Part shown: positions 1 through 12,500 of the stretch, piece by piece
Numbering within the stretch: the stretch's first letter is position 1
Layout: every line of letters starts with the position of its first letter
Source of the DNA: the human T2T-CHM13v2.0 reference genome, Homo sapiens
Assembly (NCBI RefSeq): GCF_009914755.1
Contig: NC_060933.1
Length of the DNA stretch: 64,000 nucleotides
Strand: one strand, 5' to 3'
Notes under the pieces: generated by a model
Databases searched by the model: none
Told to the model about the DNA's origin: nothing
The model's input: the letters and a program-made list of their open reading frames with translations, nothing else
Translations under genes and position numbers: made by a program

Positions 1-188
1 CTGCCTCAGCCTCCCAAGTAGCTGAGACTACAGGCACCTGCCATTACACCCAGCTAATGTTTGTATTTTTAGTAGAGACAGGGTTTCACCATATTGGCCA
101 GGCTGTTCTCAAACTCCTGACCTTGTGATCTGCCTGCCTCAGCCTCCCAAAGTGCTGGGATAACAGGCATGAGCTACCACGTCCAGCC
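1..188 (-). mobile_element. Alu SINE (antisense, truncated by window start)
   Basis: Reverse-complement Alu consensus motifs: cctcagcctcccaagtagctgagactacagg, tttttagtagagacagggtttcacc, cctcccaaagtgctggga. Confidence 0.95.
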
Positions 189-216
189 CATGTCACTTTT
201 AAAGTTTCTTTGCACC

Positions 217-518
217 AGCCAGGTGTGGTGGCTCATGTCTGTAATCCCAGCACTTCGGGAGGCTGAGGCAGGTGTGTCACAATGTCAGGAGTTCAAGACC
301 AGCCTGGCCAAGATGGTGAAAGTACAAAAAGTAGAAAAAAAAAATTAGCCAGGTGTGGTGGAGAGCACCTGTAATCCCAGCTACTAGGGAGGCTGAGGCA
401 GAGAATTGCTTGAACCCAGGAGGCGGAGGTTGCAGTGAGCCGAGATCGTGCCACTGAACTCCAGCCTGAGTGACAGGGTGAGACTTCATCTTGAATATAA
501 AAAATTTAAAAAAAAGTT
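217..518 (+). mobile_element. Alu SINE (AluS-type, small internal deletion in left arm)
   Basis: ccaggtgtggtggctcatgtctgtaatcccagcac...ttgcagtgagccgagatcgtgccactg, followed by an A-rich tail. Confidence 0.93.
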
Positions 519-693
519 TATTTGCACCATCTCAACTCTTCCCACCCATAATCACAACTGAATGATTGGCATCCAAACAGTTTACCACATATAGATGTTT
601 ATTATTTAGTAGAATCCAAAATAATTGCATTTTATGAATTAAACAAAACACTAAAATGTTCATTTCCATTTTTATGTTCAAAGCTTTGTGCTT

Positions 694-977
<284 letters not shown>

Positions 978-1009
978 GGTTTGTGCTTTTCTTACATAAG
1001 AGTACATCC

Positions 1010-2168
1010 TCTGACTATAAAAATCCTGGAAGAAAACCTAGGAAATACTCTTCTGGACTTCATACTTCTCAATTAATTTATGGCAAAGTCCTCAAAAGCA
1101 ATTGCAAGAATAACAAAAATTGACAAGTATGATCTAATTAAGCTAAAGAGCGTCTGCACAGCATGAGAAACTATCACAGGATTAAACAGACAGCGTAGAG
1201 AATGGAAGAAAATATTCACAAACTATGGATACAGCAAACGCCTATTATCCAGAATCCATAAGAGATCTAAACAAATCAACAAGCAAAAAATAAATAACAC
1301 CATTAAAAATGGGCAAAGGACGTGAACAGACACTTCTCAAAATAACACATGTAAGTGGCCAACAAACATATTAACAAATGCTTACCATTGTTAATCATCA
1401 GAAAAGTGCCAAACAAAACATCAGTGAGATACTATTTCACACCAGTCAGAATAACTTTTGTTGAAAAGTAAAAAGAAAAAAAAAAAGATGTTGGGGAAGC
1501 AGTGGAGAAAAGGGAACACACACCGTTTGTGGCAATGTAAATTAATTCAGCTACTATGGAGAGCAGTTTGGAAATTAAGAACTAAGGATGACCGTTGGAT
1601 GCAGCAATCCCATTACTATACTAGGGGTATACCTAAAGGACAATAAATCATTGTAATAAAAAGATGCTTGCACATGTGTGTTCATTGCAGCACTATTCAA
1701 AGCAGCAAAGACATGGAGTCAATCCAGGTGCATCCAAGGCAGATTGAAAATCCAAGGTAGATTGGAATGTTCCATACATACCATGGAATACTATGCAGCC
1801 AAGAAAAGAACAAAATCATGTCCTTTGCAGCAACATGGATACAGCTGGAATCCACTATCCTAAGCAAACTAACACAGAAACAGAAACCAAATATCTCATG
1901 TTTTCACTTATGTGGGAGCTACACATTGGGTGCACATTGTCATAAACCTGGGAACAATAGACACTGGGAAATAAGAACAGGGAGGGACAGAGTGGGCCAG
2001 GGTTGGAAAACTACTTATTGGGTCCTATGCTTACTACCTGTGTGATGGGTTCCACTGTACTCTAAACCTTGGCATCCCTCAATATTCTCTTGGAAGAAGC
2101 CTACACAGGTACCACCTTAATTTAGAATACAAACTAGAAAAAAACAAACAAAAAAAAAAACAAGAAAA
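1010..2168 (+). mobile_element. L1 LINE 3' fragment (decayed ORF2 end + 3'UTR + A-rich tail)
   Basis: Typical L1 3' motifs (aattgacaagtatgatctaattaagctaaagagc; ttcattgcagcactattca; catggaatactatgcagcc; MSFAATWIQLESTILSKLTQKQK-like peptide); A-rich tail at about 2137-2168; many stops. Confidence 0.9.
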
Positions 2169-2282
2169 ATTTACTATTAAAAAAGTTTACTATAAGTAGA
2201 GAATAGAAATTTCTTTTTAAGATAAAATTTATTGATGTAAAAAAATTGGATTAAACTTGTATAAAGGGCAGAGTTTTGCTAA

Positions 2283-2624
<342 letters not shown>

Positions 2625-2930
2625 ATTGTTTAACCTTTGTACTAATAAAACACTACCTTTCTAAAATCATGTATATGCAGTAGACCAATATTAACTGTAT
2701 TTTTCTCTGATTACTCTAAACAGCATTACACAGGTGCATCCTCTGTTATCTAAACTTAAAATAAGTAGAAATTTTACTTTATTTATGTGATTATTTTTCT
2801 ATTTAAGCAAACTTCAAGTTATGTCTAGTCACTAAAAATACTAAAGGTCACATTTTGTAAGTGATACATTATTTGCATGATAATGTTTCTTGTTTAACTT
2901 AAACATTATTATTATTTTTACTTATTTTAG

Positions 2931-4830
2931 ATGGAGCTGGACTGTGTAGAACAAATAACTAGAGAAACAAAGAGAAGTATGTTGCCAAAATTTATTAATT
3001 ACATTTAGGTTTATTTTAGAAATTAAGTGTAAATAACAAATGGCATTCCTTTTCATTGTTTGGTTAGTAGATACTATGTCAAGTATTTTTTTTCTTACAC
3101 ACATCTAATGCAAGATGTGAAAACAAAAACTTTCACAGAGAAGACTGTACTTATGCACCATAAATTCATCATGTTCCATAGCTTAAAAAATTCCCAAGAA
3201 GTCTGTGCATCTGTTTTTTACTGGCTCTACACTTTCTTAAGTTTTGCCATCATCATGGAACTGTCAGCCAGCACACTGAAACGATTCTCAGAAAACAAAG
3301 GCATCACCAAGTTCTCAGGGTTTTGGTACAGATTGAAGGCCAACAGACCTCAGACTCATTTTGAAATTCTTAGCTGGGCAATAACCCTTCATAAGCAGTC
3401 ACTTGACAGGTGACATTTTAAATCTCCTATCATATACTGTGTCATTGGCTTACATCTGTTCTCAGGAAAAGTTCCAAATTTTTCACCATGAAATAAAAAC
3501 ACCCACGTCAATGTGATTCTTGTCAAGTTACTCAGCCTTGTTTTTTGCCACTTACCGCACTCTACCCTTTGCTCTAGCACCAAAGTGGAGGAGAGTAGAA
3601 CTCCGCAGGGCTCTTCCTCACCTCAGGCTCTTTGCCTTCGCCTCTTCCCTCTATCTGGCAAGCTTTTCCTTGTCCTTCAGGTATCAACCTATGTTATCTC
3701 CTCCACCAGAAAGCCCATGATATTGACATAAAAGTGGGATAGATGTCCCTTTTGTGTGTTCCAGTAGTGCCCTGCTGTATACCTGTCATGGTATCTATGA
3801 CACTATGTGGACATTGCCTACCTGTCTGTGTTTTTAGGTTATAGCATATGACTATTGGGAGGTGGACCATGCCATCTTCATCTTGGAATTCCAGTGCTGG
3901 TTCTAGTACCTTAGCACGTGGCTGTTGATTACATGAATGAAGAATGAAAAACCTCTAATATTTAAACACAATAGAATTAATGCCATGTGTAAATTATTTA
4001 ATAGTAATTTTGTATTGTAAATGTACATAGATATTTCTCATTCTTACTAACTCTGATAAAGTTCTCAACTCTTTAGTATTTAAACTCACATTTAGTTAAC
4101 TGAAGTGTTTTAGGTAAAGAACATAATTCTTTCTCTTTCCAGTTGTTGCTGTGTTGAACACTTGCTCCCGTCTACTTACTTCTCTATAATCCACTGGTAA
4201 GCCACATCTAATGAAGAGAATGTTTAACCATAAAGTCTTAAGGAAAAATTTTATTATTTAAAAGATTATAAAACTTTATTACTGGGTTGTTTACACAACA
4301 TTTTAATTGTTTCTCATAAAATATATAACATTACAATCTTTACTGAAGTAGGATGTTTTTGTATCACATGTGTGATGATAATTTATAGGGTAATTTAAAT
4401 GATGTTTTTTAGCCTCCTTAAGTTTTAAGTGGATCTTGCAAATGAACACCAGTATTATTGAGTTTGACGTACTCAAATTGCCCAAATGCCAGCTGTTTAA
4501 ACAGCCAAAGAACGAAGTCATCATTGATACTTTAGTAAAGGTCATCGAAGGCTTCTTTGCATTTTACAGCTTTTACTACTTAGGGGAGTTAAGGAGTACC
4601 TGCCAGGCTTGTGCATGCTAATGTGACAATTTTCTTTTTGTAGTTGAACCGTATTTTGTGGGGAGATACTTTGAGGCTCTGTAAATATCCAGTTACTCCC
4701 AGAACCCACTAGATTTAGCATTTCATGGATGACTTGTGTTTGAACAATTATTACTATGATGGTTGCCAGATGATTATTTTCTTCTCTTCTTTGCTGTACC
4801 TGGAGAAGTAAAACCAATAAATAACTGAGA
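2931..4830 (+). pseudogene. ANKRD20A: 3'-terminal exons and 3'UTR of an ANKRD26-family gene copy (ANKRD20A/ANKRD18-like); the rest of the gene would lie upstream of the window
   Basis: Acceptor ttattttag|ATG at 2931 gives MELDCVEQITRETKR, with donor gtatgt at 2977. Acceptor tctttccag| at 4143 gives IVAVLNTCSRLLTSL*STGKPHLMKRMFNHKVLRKNFII*, resembling the ANKRD26 C-terminus (...ELEKNITRELKE|AAAELESG...VLKKNYMI*). Premature TAA at 4187; AATAAA at 4816. The subfamily assignment rests on recalled sequence and on the neighbouring pseudogenes. Confidence 0.7.
3660..3945. mobile_element. Old L2-like LINE fragment
   Basis: Degenerate L2 3'-end-like pattern ending in gctgttgattacatgaatgaagaatg. Confidence 0.45.
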
Positions 4831-5574
4831 AGGGAAAGCTCATGATTCTGGTGCTCCAATTCCCCAAGATTAGGCCAGTGGTAGACATTTCAAGCTGACT
4901 TCTTGTCTTTTTTATTTGTCTTCGTTACTCTGTCAGCACTTTTTTAGTTTCAGGAACAAGATGTTCTAAGCTAATGTTGTATTTTCTCTGCTCCAGCCAT
5001 GGAATGAGTGATTTTTCTTAGAAGCAGAGGTGGAGCCACTGAGGAAGCACAGGCGAGCCCTCCCCAGCACGTGCTCACTGGTCCCCAACAGAACAACCGC
5101 TGCCGCATCCATGAGGTACCAAGAAACTAGCAAAGGGCCTTCTGGCTGTCTGGGCACAGTCCTCATGTGGTCCCTGGCTCAGCCTCAAGGGTCCTGCATT
5201 AGTCTTCCTGTAGCCTCTGTGCTGTGTCTGTAGATCGGGACTCTGTGGGAAGGGCCCTGGGATGCCCAACAGCACAAGATGTCTCATCTGCCAAATGTCC
5301 CTGCCTTCCTCCCACTCTGACACTCAGGAATAGGCTACATGGCATGTCCAGGCAGTGCCAGGCCACCTCACTATCTCCTTTGAGATTGGCCCAGAGGGCT
5401 TTTGGGGTGAGTGTGGAGCTGGGCACCTGGAGCCTGAGGCCAGCTGTCTCTCCCTCTGTCTTGGAGGAAAAGCCATATCCCAAAAAAAACCCCAGGGCCT
5501 GACCTCTGGACACACATACAGGGAGGGAGGGTCTGTGGGCTGAGGGGGGCATTGTAATGAGACTTTGAGCACGC

Positions 5575-6185
5575 TGCTCAGGGGCCTGGTCAGTGGACCA
5601 TGCTCAGAGATGACCTGGTCATTAGGACCTAGTCAGTTGGGACCTGGTTAGTGGTGGCCTCCTCAGTAAAGGCCTCCTCAGTGGGGACCTGGTGACCTAG
5701 TCATTGGAAGCCCGGTTCATGGGGACCTGGTCACTGATGGTCTTCTTAGTGAGGCCTGATGGGCTGGAACATAAACAATGAAAAACTGGTGGGGCCTATG
5801 CAGTATACTAGGGGCCTGGTCAGTGTGGGGCCTTAGTGGCTTGGAGCCTCGTCAGTGAGGGTCTGGTCAGAGGGGGCTCAGTCAGCTGGGGACTGATCCA
5901 TGGAAAATTGTTTAGTGGGGGTCAGGTGAGCAGCGACCTGGTCAACTGTGGTCTTGTCAGTGGGAACCTGGTCAGTGGGGACCAGGTCAGTGGGAAATTG
6001 GTCAGTGAGGTCTGGCCTATGAGGCCTATTAAGTGTGAGCCTGGTTAGGAAGACATGGTCAGTGGGGACTTGGTCAGTGGGAACTGGTAAATGGAGGAGT
6101 GGTCATTAGAGGCCTCATCAGTGGGAAACTGGTCCTGGGCGGCTGGTCAGTAGGAACCTGGCCAGCTGGCCACTGTGTGACCTCA
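5575..6185 (+). repeat. Degenerate GC-rich minisatellite, ~15-16 bp unit (CCTGGTCAGTGGGGN)n
   Basis: Dozens of variants of cctggtcagtgggg / acctggtcagt in tandem. Confidence 0.85.
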
Positions 6186-6532
6186 GGCAGGGGGTTTGTC
6201 TGTGGAGTCTCCTTGCCTCCATCTGCAGGGAAGGTGAGTCAGGGCACCTTGGAGGGTGGCTGGAAAGAGAAGGTGAGAAGATGTGTTGAATCCAGCACCA
6301 CTTGGCAGACCTACAACTTTACACATGACCTGTGTGCCACCTAGAGGGGGTCCCAGCCCTCTCTGCTGTGCCTGGTGCCCCTCCTCTCTCTGCATCCCCA
6401 GGACCACCATGGGTGGGGAAGGCAGAGATTGGGGAGCACCTGTAGAAGCTCTAATGCTGGCCATGAGCCCTCGGTGATGACCTGGGTGCACCTGTGAGTG
6501 GAGAAGCTAGGCCTGGCCAGAGAAGCAAGAGA

Positions 6533-6603
6533 AACACACACACACATATGTGCACACACACACACAGGCACACACGCATGCACAAACACACTGCATCCAC
6601 ACA
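6533..6603. repeat. Imperfect (CA)n microsatellite
   Basis: acacacacacacatatgtgcacacacacacac... Confidence 0.85.
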
Positions 6604-7555
6604 TGTCAGTTCAGGGGATAGAGGACACTGACTCTGGGCGCTGTTGACCCATGCAGGCTCCCATTGTGGTGGGTTGTGTCACCCCACAATGTCACTGTTG
6701 CTGAGCCCCCATCGCCTCTGTGTTGTGGAGCAGTTAGAGACACACTGTGGTGTCTGAGTGGCTCTGCGTGAAGGACCGTTTTCTAGGTGAGAGGCACATC
6801 TCAACACAGCTGACTGATCAGACTCAGGTGAGTGGGACCTGCTCTCTTCTCTTGCTCCTAGCTTGGGGACAGTCGCTATCAGTTGGGTGGTTTTGGCCTC
6901 TGAGCAGCTACTGAGGGTAATCCCTGAACACTCACTGGATGCCTATTCTGTGCTGACAGTCATCTCGTTCATCCTCGCAGCAATTCCATTCTGCATCTTT
7001 TCTGATCACCCCCGTGATTACCCAGGACAACCCCATCAGGCCCTCTCACCCAGGCCCAGTCCAGCTCCATGATAACAAAGACGCAGGTCCAGAGACAACT
7101 GCCCTGCATGGTGCCTGCATCTGACCCCCCTTGGTGGGTAGTGACCAGCACGACATGGAAGAAGCCAGGGCAGCATGCAGCCAGCTGCCCTGCAGCCCCA
7201 GATGGCTCCTAGGCCTTGGGAAGTCATTCTCAAAGGGGAAGCTGGTCATTTTGAGGTCCCTGGAGGGAAGGGTGAATGTGTCATCCCAACAGCCCTGGAA
7301 GCCAGCAGCATGCCATACATCTTACCCAACCTGTGTGACAGAGGCCCCCTCCTGGGGCACAAGTCCCATACCTAAAGGGTCCTGTCCTAGTTGAACCTCA
7401 TCCTGAGCCCTGGGAGGGGAGGAGCACCATGGGCCTCCCTGCAGCAGCCAGGATTACCACCCAGGGGACTCAGCCTTCTGTGGCCCTGGCCAGAGTTAGA
7501 ATTTGGCCCAAGACAAGACAAGCTCACTCGGAGCAGCTTGTCAGTACCCGGGGCC

Positions 7556-7890
7556 TGTGCATGCCAAGTAAGTCCAAGCTGGCTCAAAGAGCAACCAGCC
7601 ACCTTTGCAAGGGTGTGCCAGGAGCAGGTGGACCAGCCACCAACCTCACCCACTCAAGGAAACAGGGATGGCCAGGTTCCCACACCCTGAGTGACCACCA
7701 CCTGACAGCTGATGAAGTGGAGGCCTGAGGAAAAGCAGATGGCACTGGGGCCCTACCTCCAGGGCAGAATAACTGATTTACCCCGATTGGCAGCAAGTGA
7801 GGTTGGTGGCTGGTCCACCTGCTCCTGGTACACCCTTGCAGAGGTGGCTGGTTGCTCTTTGAGCCAACTTGGCCTTGCCTGGCATGCACA
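7556..7890. repeat. Inverted repeat: 94-bp arms (7556-7649 / 7797-7890), 147-bp spacer
   Basis: Manual comparison: the reverse complement of the right arm matches the left arm with 6 mismatches and no gaps. Confidence 0.9.
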
Positions 7891-8027
7891 AGCCTCAGTT
7901 CAACAACTGTGCTGCAAATGGAGCCACATAGAGGAAATGAGCAGCAGCCTCAGGAGCAGGGTTTGCGCTGCCTTTGGGGCTCCAATCCATGCATCAGGGC
8001 TCCTACAGCACTGTGGGCTTCTTGGGT

Positions 8028-9227
8028 GCCAAGAGGCAGACCACAGGCCCTCTTGAGGAGGATTCTATGTTCAAGTGCAGAAAGGGCCCAATCTGGTGGA
8101 TGAACCACATGGCCAGCTTCTGGGTGCAGGCACAGTGCCACATCTTCCATCACTTCCTGATGTGCCACACCAGCACTGAAGAGACAGCCTGGAGACAGGG
8201 CAAGAGGAATGCTGAGAAGGATGAGATGGTGAGTGCCAGATTCTCCCTGGCTCTGAGCCCACCTCCAGGGTGACACTCAAACTTTAGGAGTGGGAGAGCA
8301 AGATTGACAGCTTCAAATGCTTCACCAAGAAGATGAACAACAGGGCACTCGGCTCAACTTCACAGCCAATGAGTTGACATGCAAGCAGGTGATGGTGACA
8401 GGCTTTAAGAAGGAGCATCAGAAGGCTGCCAGTTCTTCAGCCTCAGCCAGGCCTTGGAGCTGGACCAGCCCATCCACTTCACCACAGATGCCTTCAACAC
8501 TGTCAGTGAGCTCTTTGCCAATCATCCCAGGCAGAACCTGGACCCAGTCATGGACTTGTTAGTGCTGTCTCAGGGACACCAGACCAACATCCTGAACATC
8601 ATCCACATACACAAGCAAGTTCTTACCAAAGTCGCGGAGGACAGGCAACATGTGGCAGAAGGGAAGATAGAGATGCAGAGGCTGATGACACCAGAATCAC
8701 AGGAACAGGAATTCTTTCACCACTTCAGTGGAAATTCACCACTTCCATCCAATTTGAATGAGAGACATGAAATCACAGATGCAGCATTTCTTGCAACAAG
8801 AGATACTATTTTTTCAAAAATCATCCAGGAATTGATAATGTTGAATGACTAGATATTTGATTGTGGACTGTTTCCAGTTCAAGGATACTTTCTACACAGA
8901 ATAATAACACTAGCAAGGAGCTAGTGCCAGCTATCCGTGGTAGCACAAGGATGGTTTTGTGCTCAACTGAAATCCAGCTGAATACAGAATTGTGTAGGAA
9001 ACAGTTAATATGTTGACAGAATAGAAACAGTAGCAAACATGAACTAAATCATGCCATGAATGCCTAAACTACCATTGGGACTTTTGGAAGAATGATAATA
9101 CCACTTTACTGCTCTTTGAAGTATGAATATTTTAGTGTATATGCTGTAGACCACAAACCCTATAAAGAGTCCCAAATAAGTTGGCTGGATAAAGCCTGCT
9201 GTGCATGTCTTTATACTCAAAGACTGA
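8028..9227 (+). pseudogene. SNX18P: Processed, 5'-truncated SNX18 pseudogene (end of PX domain + BAR domain + start of 3'UTR)
   Basis: Peptides [28 protein letters not shown]...[15 protein letters not shown] and [36 protein letters not shown] match SNX18 ([28 protein letters not shown]; [36 protein letters not shown]). Multiple frameshifts and stops; no intron at the IHVQK/GALTK junction; cut at the 3' end by the MSTA LTR. Confidence 0.9.
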
Positions 9228-9592
9228 TGATGCAATTCGAATATGTGTCCCCACCAAATCTCATATTTAATTATATTTCCTAATGTGGAAGGTGGATCCT
9301 GGTATAAGGCAATTGATTTATGAAGGCAAATTTCTCATGAATGGTTCAGCACCATCCCCTTGTACCATCCTCACAATCATGAGTGACTTCTCGTGAGATC
9401 TGGCCACTGAAAACTATGTCACCTCCCTACTCTGCGTGTTTTCCTCTTGCCATGTGAGACAACTCACTCTTTCTTTGCCTTGTACAAAGATTGAAAGATT
9501 TCTGAGGGCTCCCAGAATCAGAAGCCCTGTGCTTCCTGTCCACCCTGCAGAACCATGAGCCAATTAAACCTCTTTTTCAAAATGAATCAAAC
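9228..9592 (+). mobile_element. MSTA-like MaLR LTR (first and least rearranged copy of the array)
   Basis: tgatgcaattcgaatatgtgtccccaccaaatctcat...tttctcatgaatggttcagcaccatcccctt...gaaccatgagccaattaaacctc, collinear with the recalled MSTA consensus. Confidence 0.85.
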
Positions 9593-12500
9593 AGAAAATG
9601 GCAAATGACGATTGCAGCATTGCTATAAAGATACCTGAAAATGTGGAAGCAGCTTTGGAACTAGGTAATGGGCAGAGGTTGGAAGAGTTTGGAAGTCTCA
9701 AAAGAAGACAGATGAGAAAATTTTTGGACTATCTTAGAGACTGGTTAAATGGTTGTGATAAAAATCCTGGCACAAACATGGATAGTGAAGGCCAGGCTGA
9801 GGAGGTCTCAGATAGAAATAAGAAGCTTTCTGGAAAAGGTCTTCCTTTTGAATATGGAAAGCTTACACAATGCCTGTACCATCATTATACGTTAGAAGCT
9901 GTGAGCTTGCTTTTTAATTCAGAGGCTCATAGGAAAAAGAGACCGTAGCCTTGACTCAGATGAGATTTTGGACTTTGTAAGTTTGAGTTAATGCTGAAAT
10001 GAGTTAAGACTCATTCTGGCAAGGCATGATTGTATTTTGCAATGTGAGAAGGACATGATATTCATGGGATCAGGGACAGAATAATATGGTTTGTCTCTGT
10101 GTCCGTATCAAAACCCATGTGGAATTATACTCCCTAATGTTAGAGGTGGGGCCTAGGTGGAAAAAGATTTAGTTATAAAAGGGTGCGGGTAGGTTCTCCA
10201 CGAATGATAAAGGACCATCACCTTGATGCTGTCCTCCTGATAGCGAGTGAGTTCTCATGAGATCTGGTTGTTTAAAAGGCTGTGGAACCTCTTTCCTCAC
10301 TCTGTCTTCCTCCTACTCCTGCCTTAGGAGGTATCTCATTGTCTTGGCTTTTGGTATAATTAGGAGGCTTCTTGATTCCTCCCAGAAACGGAAGACACTA
10401 TGCTTCCTTCACAGCTTGCAAAACCATGATTCAATTAAACCTCTTTCATTTACAATAATAGAGAAAATTAGAACTGCCGAGAGAGCTGTGCATGTCTTCA
10501 AGGCCTTTTTTCCCTTTGTCTTGGCTATTAGCACAGGGCTTCTTTATATGCAAATTTCTGAAGTCTTCTTGAATTTTTCCCCTTAAATGGGGTTTTGTGT
10601 TATTGCTACATAGCCAACCTGCTATAGAGATACCTGAAAAAGTAGAAGCAGGCTCAGTAGTGGGTAGCAAACAAAGATTGGGAGGGTTTGGAGGGATTAG
10701 AGCATGACAGAAAGATGAGGGAGAGGGAGGAAGTGATTTAATCATGGATGGGCAGGGGTGGGTGTGGATGGAAAAAGGGGTGGGTAGGGTGGGAATGAGT
10801 AGGCTGGCTGTAGGGTGGTGGGAGGGTCGTGGGTAGTAGGAAGGGGGAGTAGCGTGCTGCAGAGGCAGAGCCTCATGTAAAACCATTACTAGGGCAGTGC
10901 ACCTGTGGCTTTGCAGGTTTGAGCCCCCATGGATGCTCTCATGGACTGGACTAGTGTTCAGTGCCTGTAGCTTTTCCACACTGAGGGTGCAAGCTGTTGG
11001 TGGGTCTCTAAATCTGGGGTCTGTAGGGTGGTAGCCCTGTGTGGGGGCTCCAAGTCCGTATTTTCCTTCTGCACTGCCCTAGTAGAGGTTTCCCAAGAAC
11101 TCTGCGTCTGCAGCAGGCTGCTGCCTGGAAACAGTGGGAGATGGGGGTGGGAGGCAGATCCTTCACCAATGGTTAAGCAACATCTTCTTGATGCTGACCT
11201 AGTAACAGTGAGTTCTTATGAGATCTGGTTATATAACAAGGTGTGGCACCTCTTTCCTCTCTCAGTCTTGCTTCTATTCCAGCCATATGAAACATCTCCT
11301 TGCCCCTTGGCCTTCTGGTATGGTTGTGAGGCTCCCTGAGACGTCCCAGAAGCAGAAGCCACTCTGCCTCCTTTACAGCCTGCTGAACCATGAGCCAATT
11401 AAACCTCTTTTCTTTATGATCATACAGAAAATTAGTGCTATGAAGTGGAGCTATGAAGTGCCTTCAAGGCCCTTTCCCCTTTTCTTGGCAACCAGCACTC
11501 AGCTTCTTTTCATGCAAATATCTGGAGCCTTCATGAATTTTGCCCCTGAAAGTGGACTTTTCTTCTTTTACCACACGGCCAGGTTGTGATAAAGATAGCT
11601 GACAATGTAGAACCAGGTTCAGAAGTGGGTAAAAGACAGAGGTCAGGAGAGTTGGGAAAGCTTGGAAGACAGCAAGATGAGGAAAATTTGACCACTGTAG
11701 AGAATTGTTAAATACTTGCGATCAGAAGGCTGACAGAAGGATAAACACTGAAGTTCAGACTTAAAAGGTATCAGATGAAGATTAGGAATTTCCTGTGAAC
11801 AGGAGCCATGGTTACATTTGATTGGCCTTAGCAAAGAACGTGGCTGCACGGTGACCCTGCCCTGGACATCTATGAAACTATGAATTTGGGGGTGATGATT
11901 TAGGATGTATCTGGTGGAATGAACATCTAGGCAGCCTAGCGAGGTGTCCTGTCTGCATTGAATAGCCTGTGTTCTTATGCGTGACCTAAGAAATGACTTC
12001 AAGTTGGAACTTCTATTGAAATGAGAAGTGGAGACCTAAAGTTTGGAAAATCTGCAGCCTGGCCAAGTGGTCAAAAAGAAAAGCTGATTTTCCGGGGGAA
12101 AATTCAAGGAGGCTTAGAGTATCTGCATAAAAAGAAGCCCAGTGCAAATAGCCAAGACAATGGGAAAGAGGCCTCGAAGGCATTTCACAGTCCTCTGCAG
12201 CAGCCCTTGCTGTCACAGGCCCCCATACAGGGAGGCATCATTCTCCAAACCCCAGATTCATAGACCCACAAACAGCTTGCACCCTCAGTATGGAAAAGCT
12301 ACAAGACACTCAACACCAGCCCTGTCCATGACGGCAGCTACAGGGGCTGAACACTGCAAAGCCATAGGTGCAGATCTGCCCAAGGCTTAGGAAGACCAGC
12401 CCTCATACCCCTGTGCCATGGATGTGGGACAGGGATTCAAAAAGGATGATTCTGGAGCTGTAGGATTGAGTGACTGGCCTGCTGGGTTTTGGACATTTAT

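Noticed and set aside
4960-7550. Assignment of a named lncRNA (FAM95-type) to the GC-rich segment
   Set aside because: Plausible from the neighbourhood, but exons cannot be supported from sequence alone.
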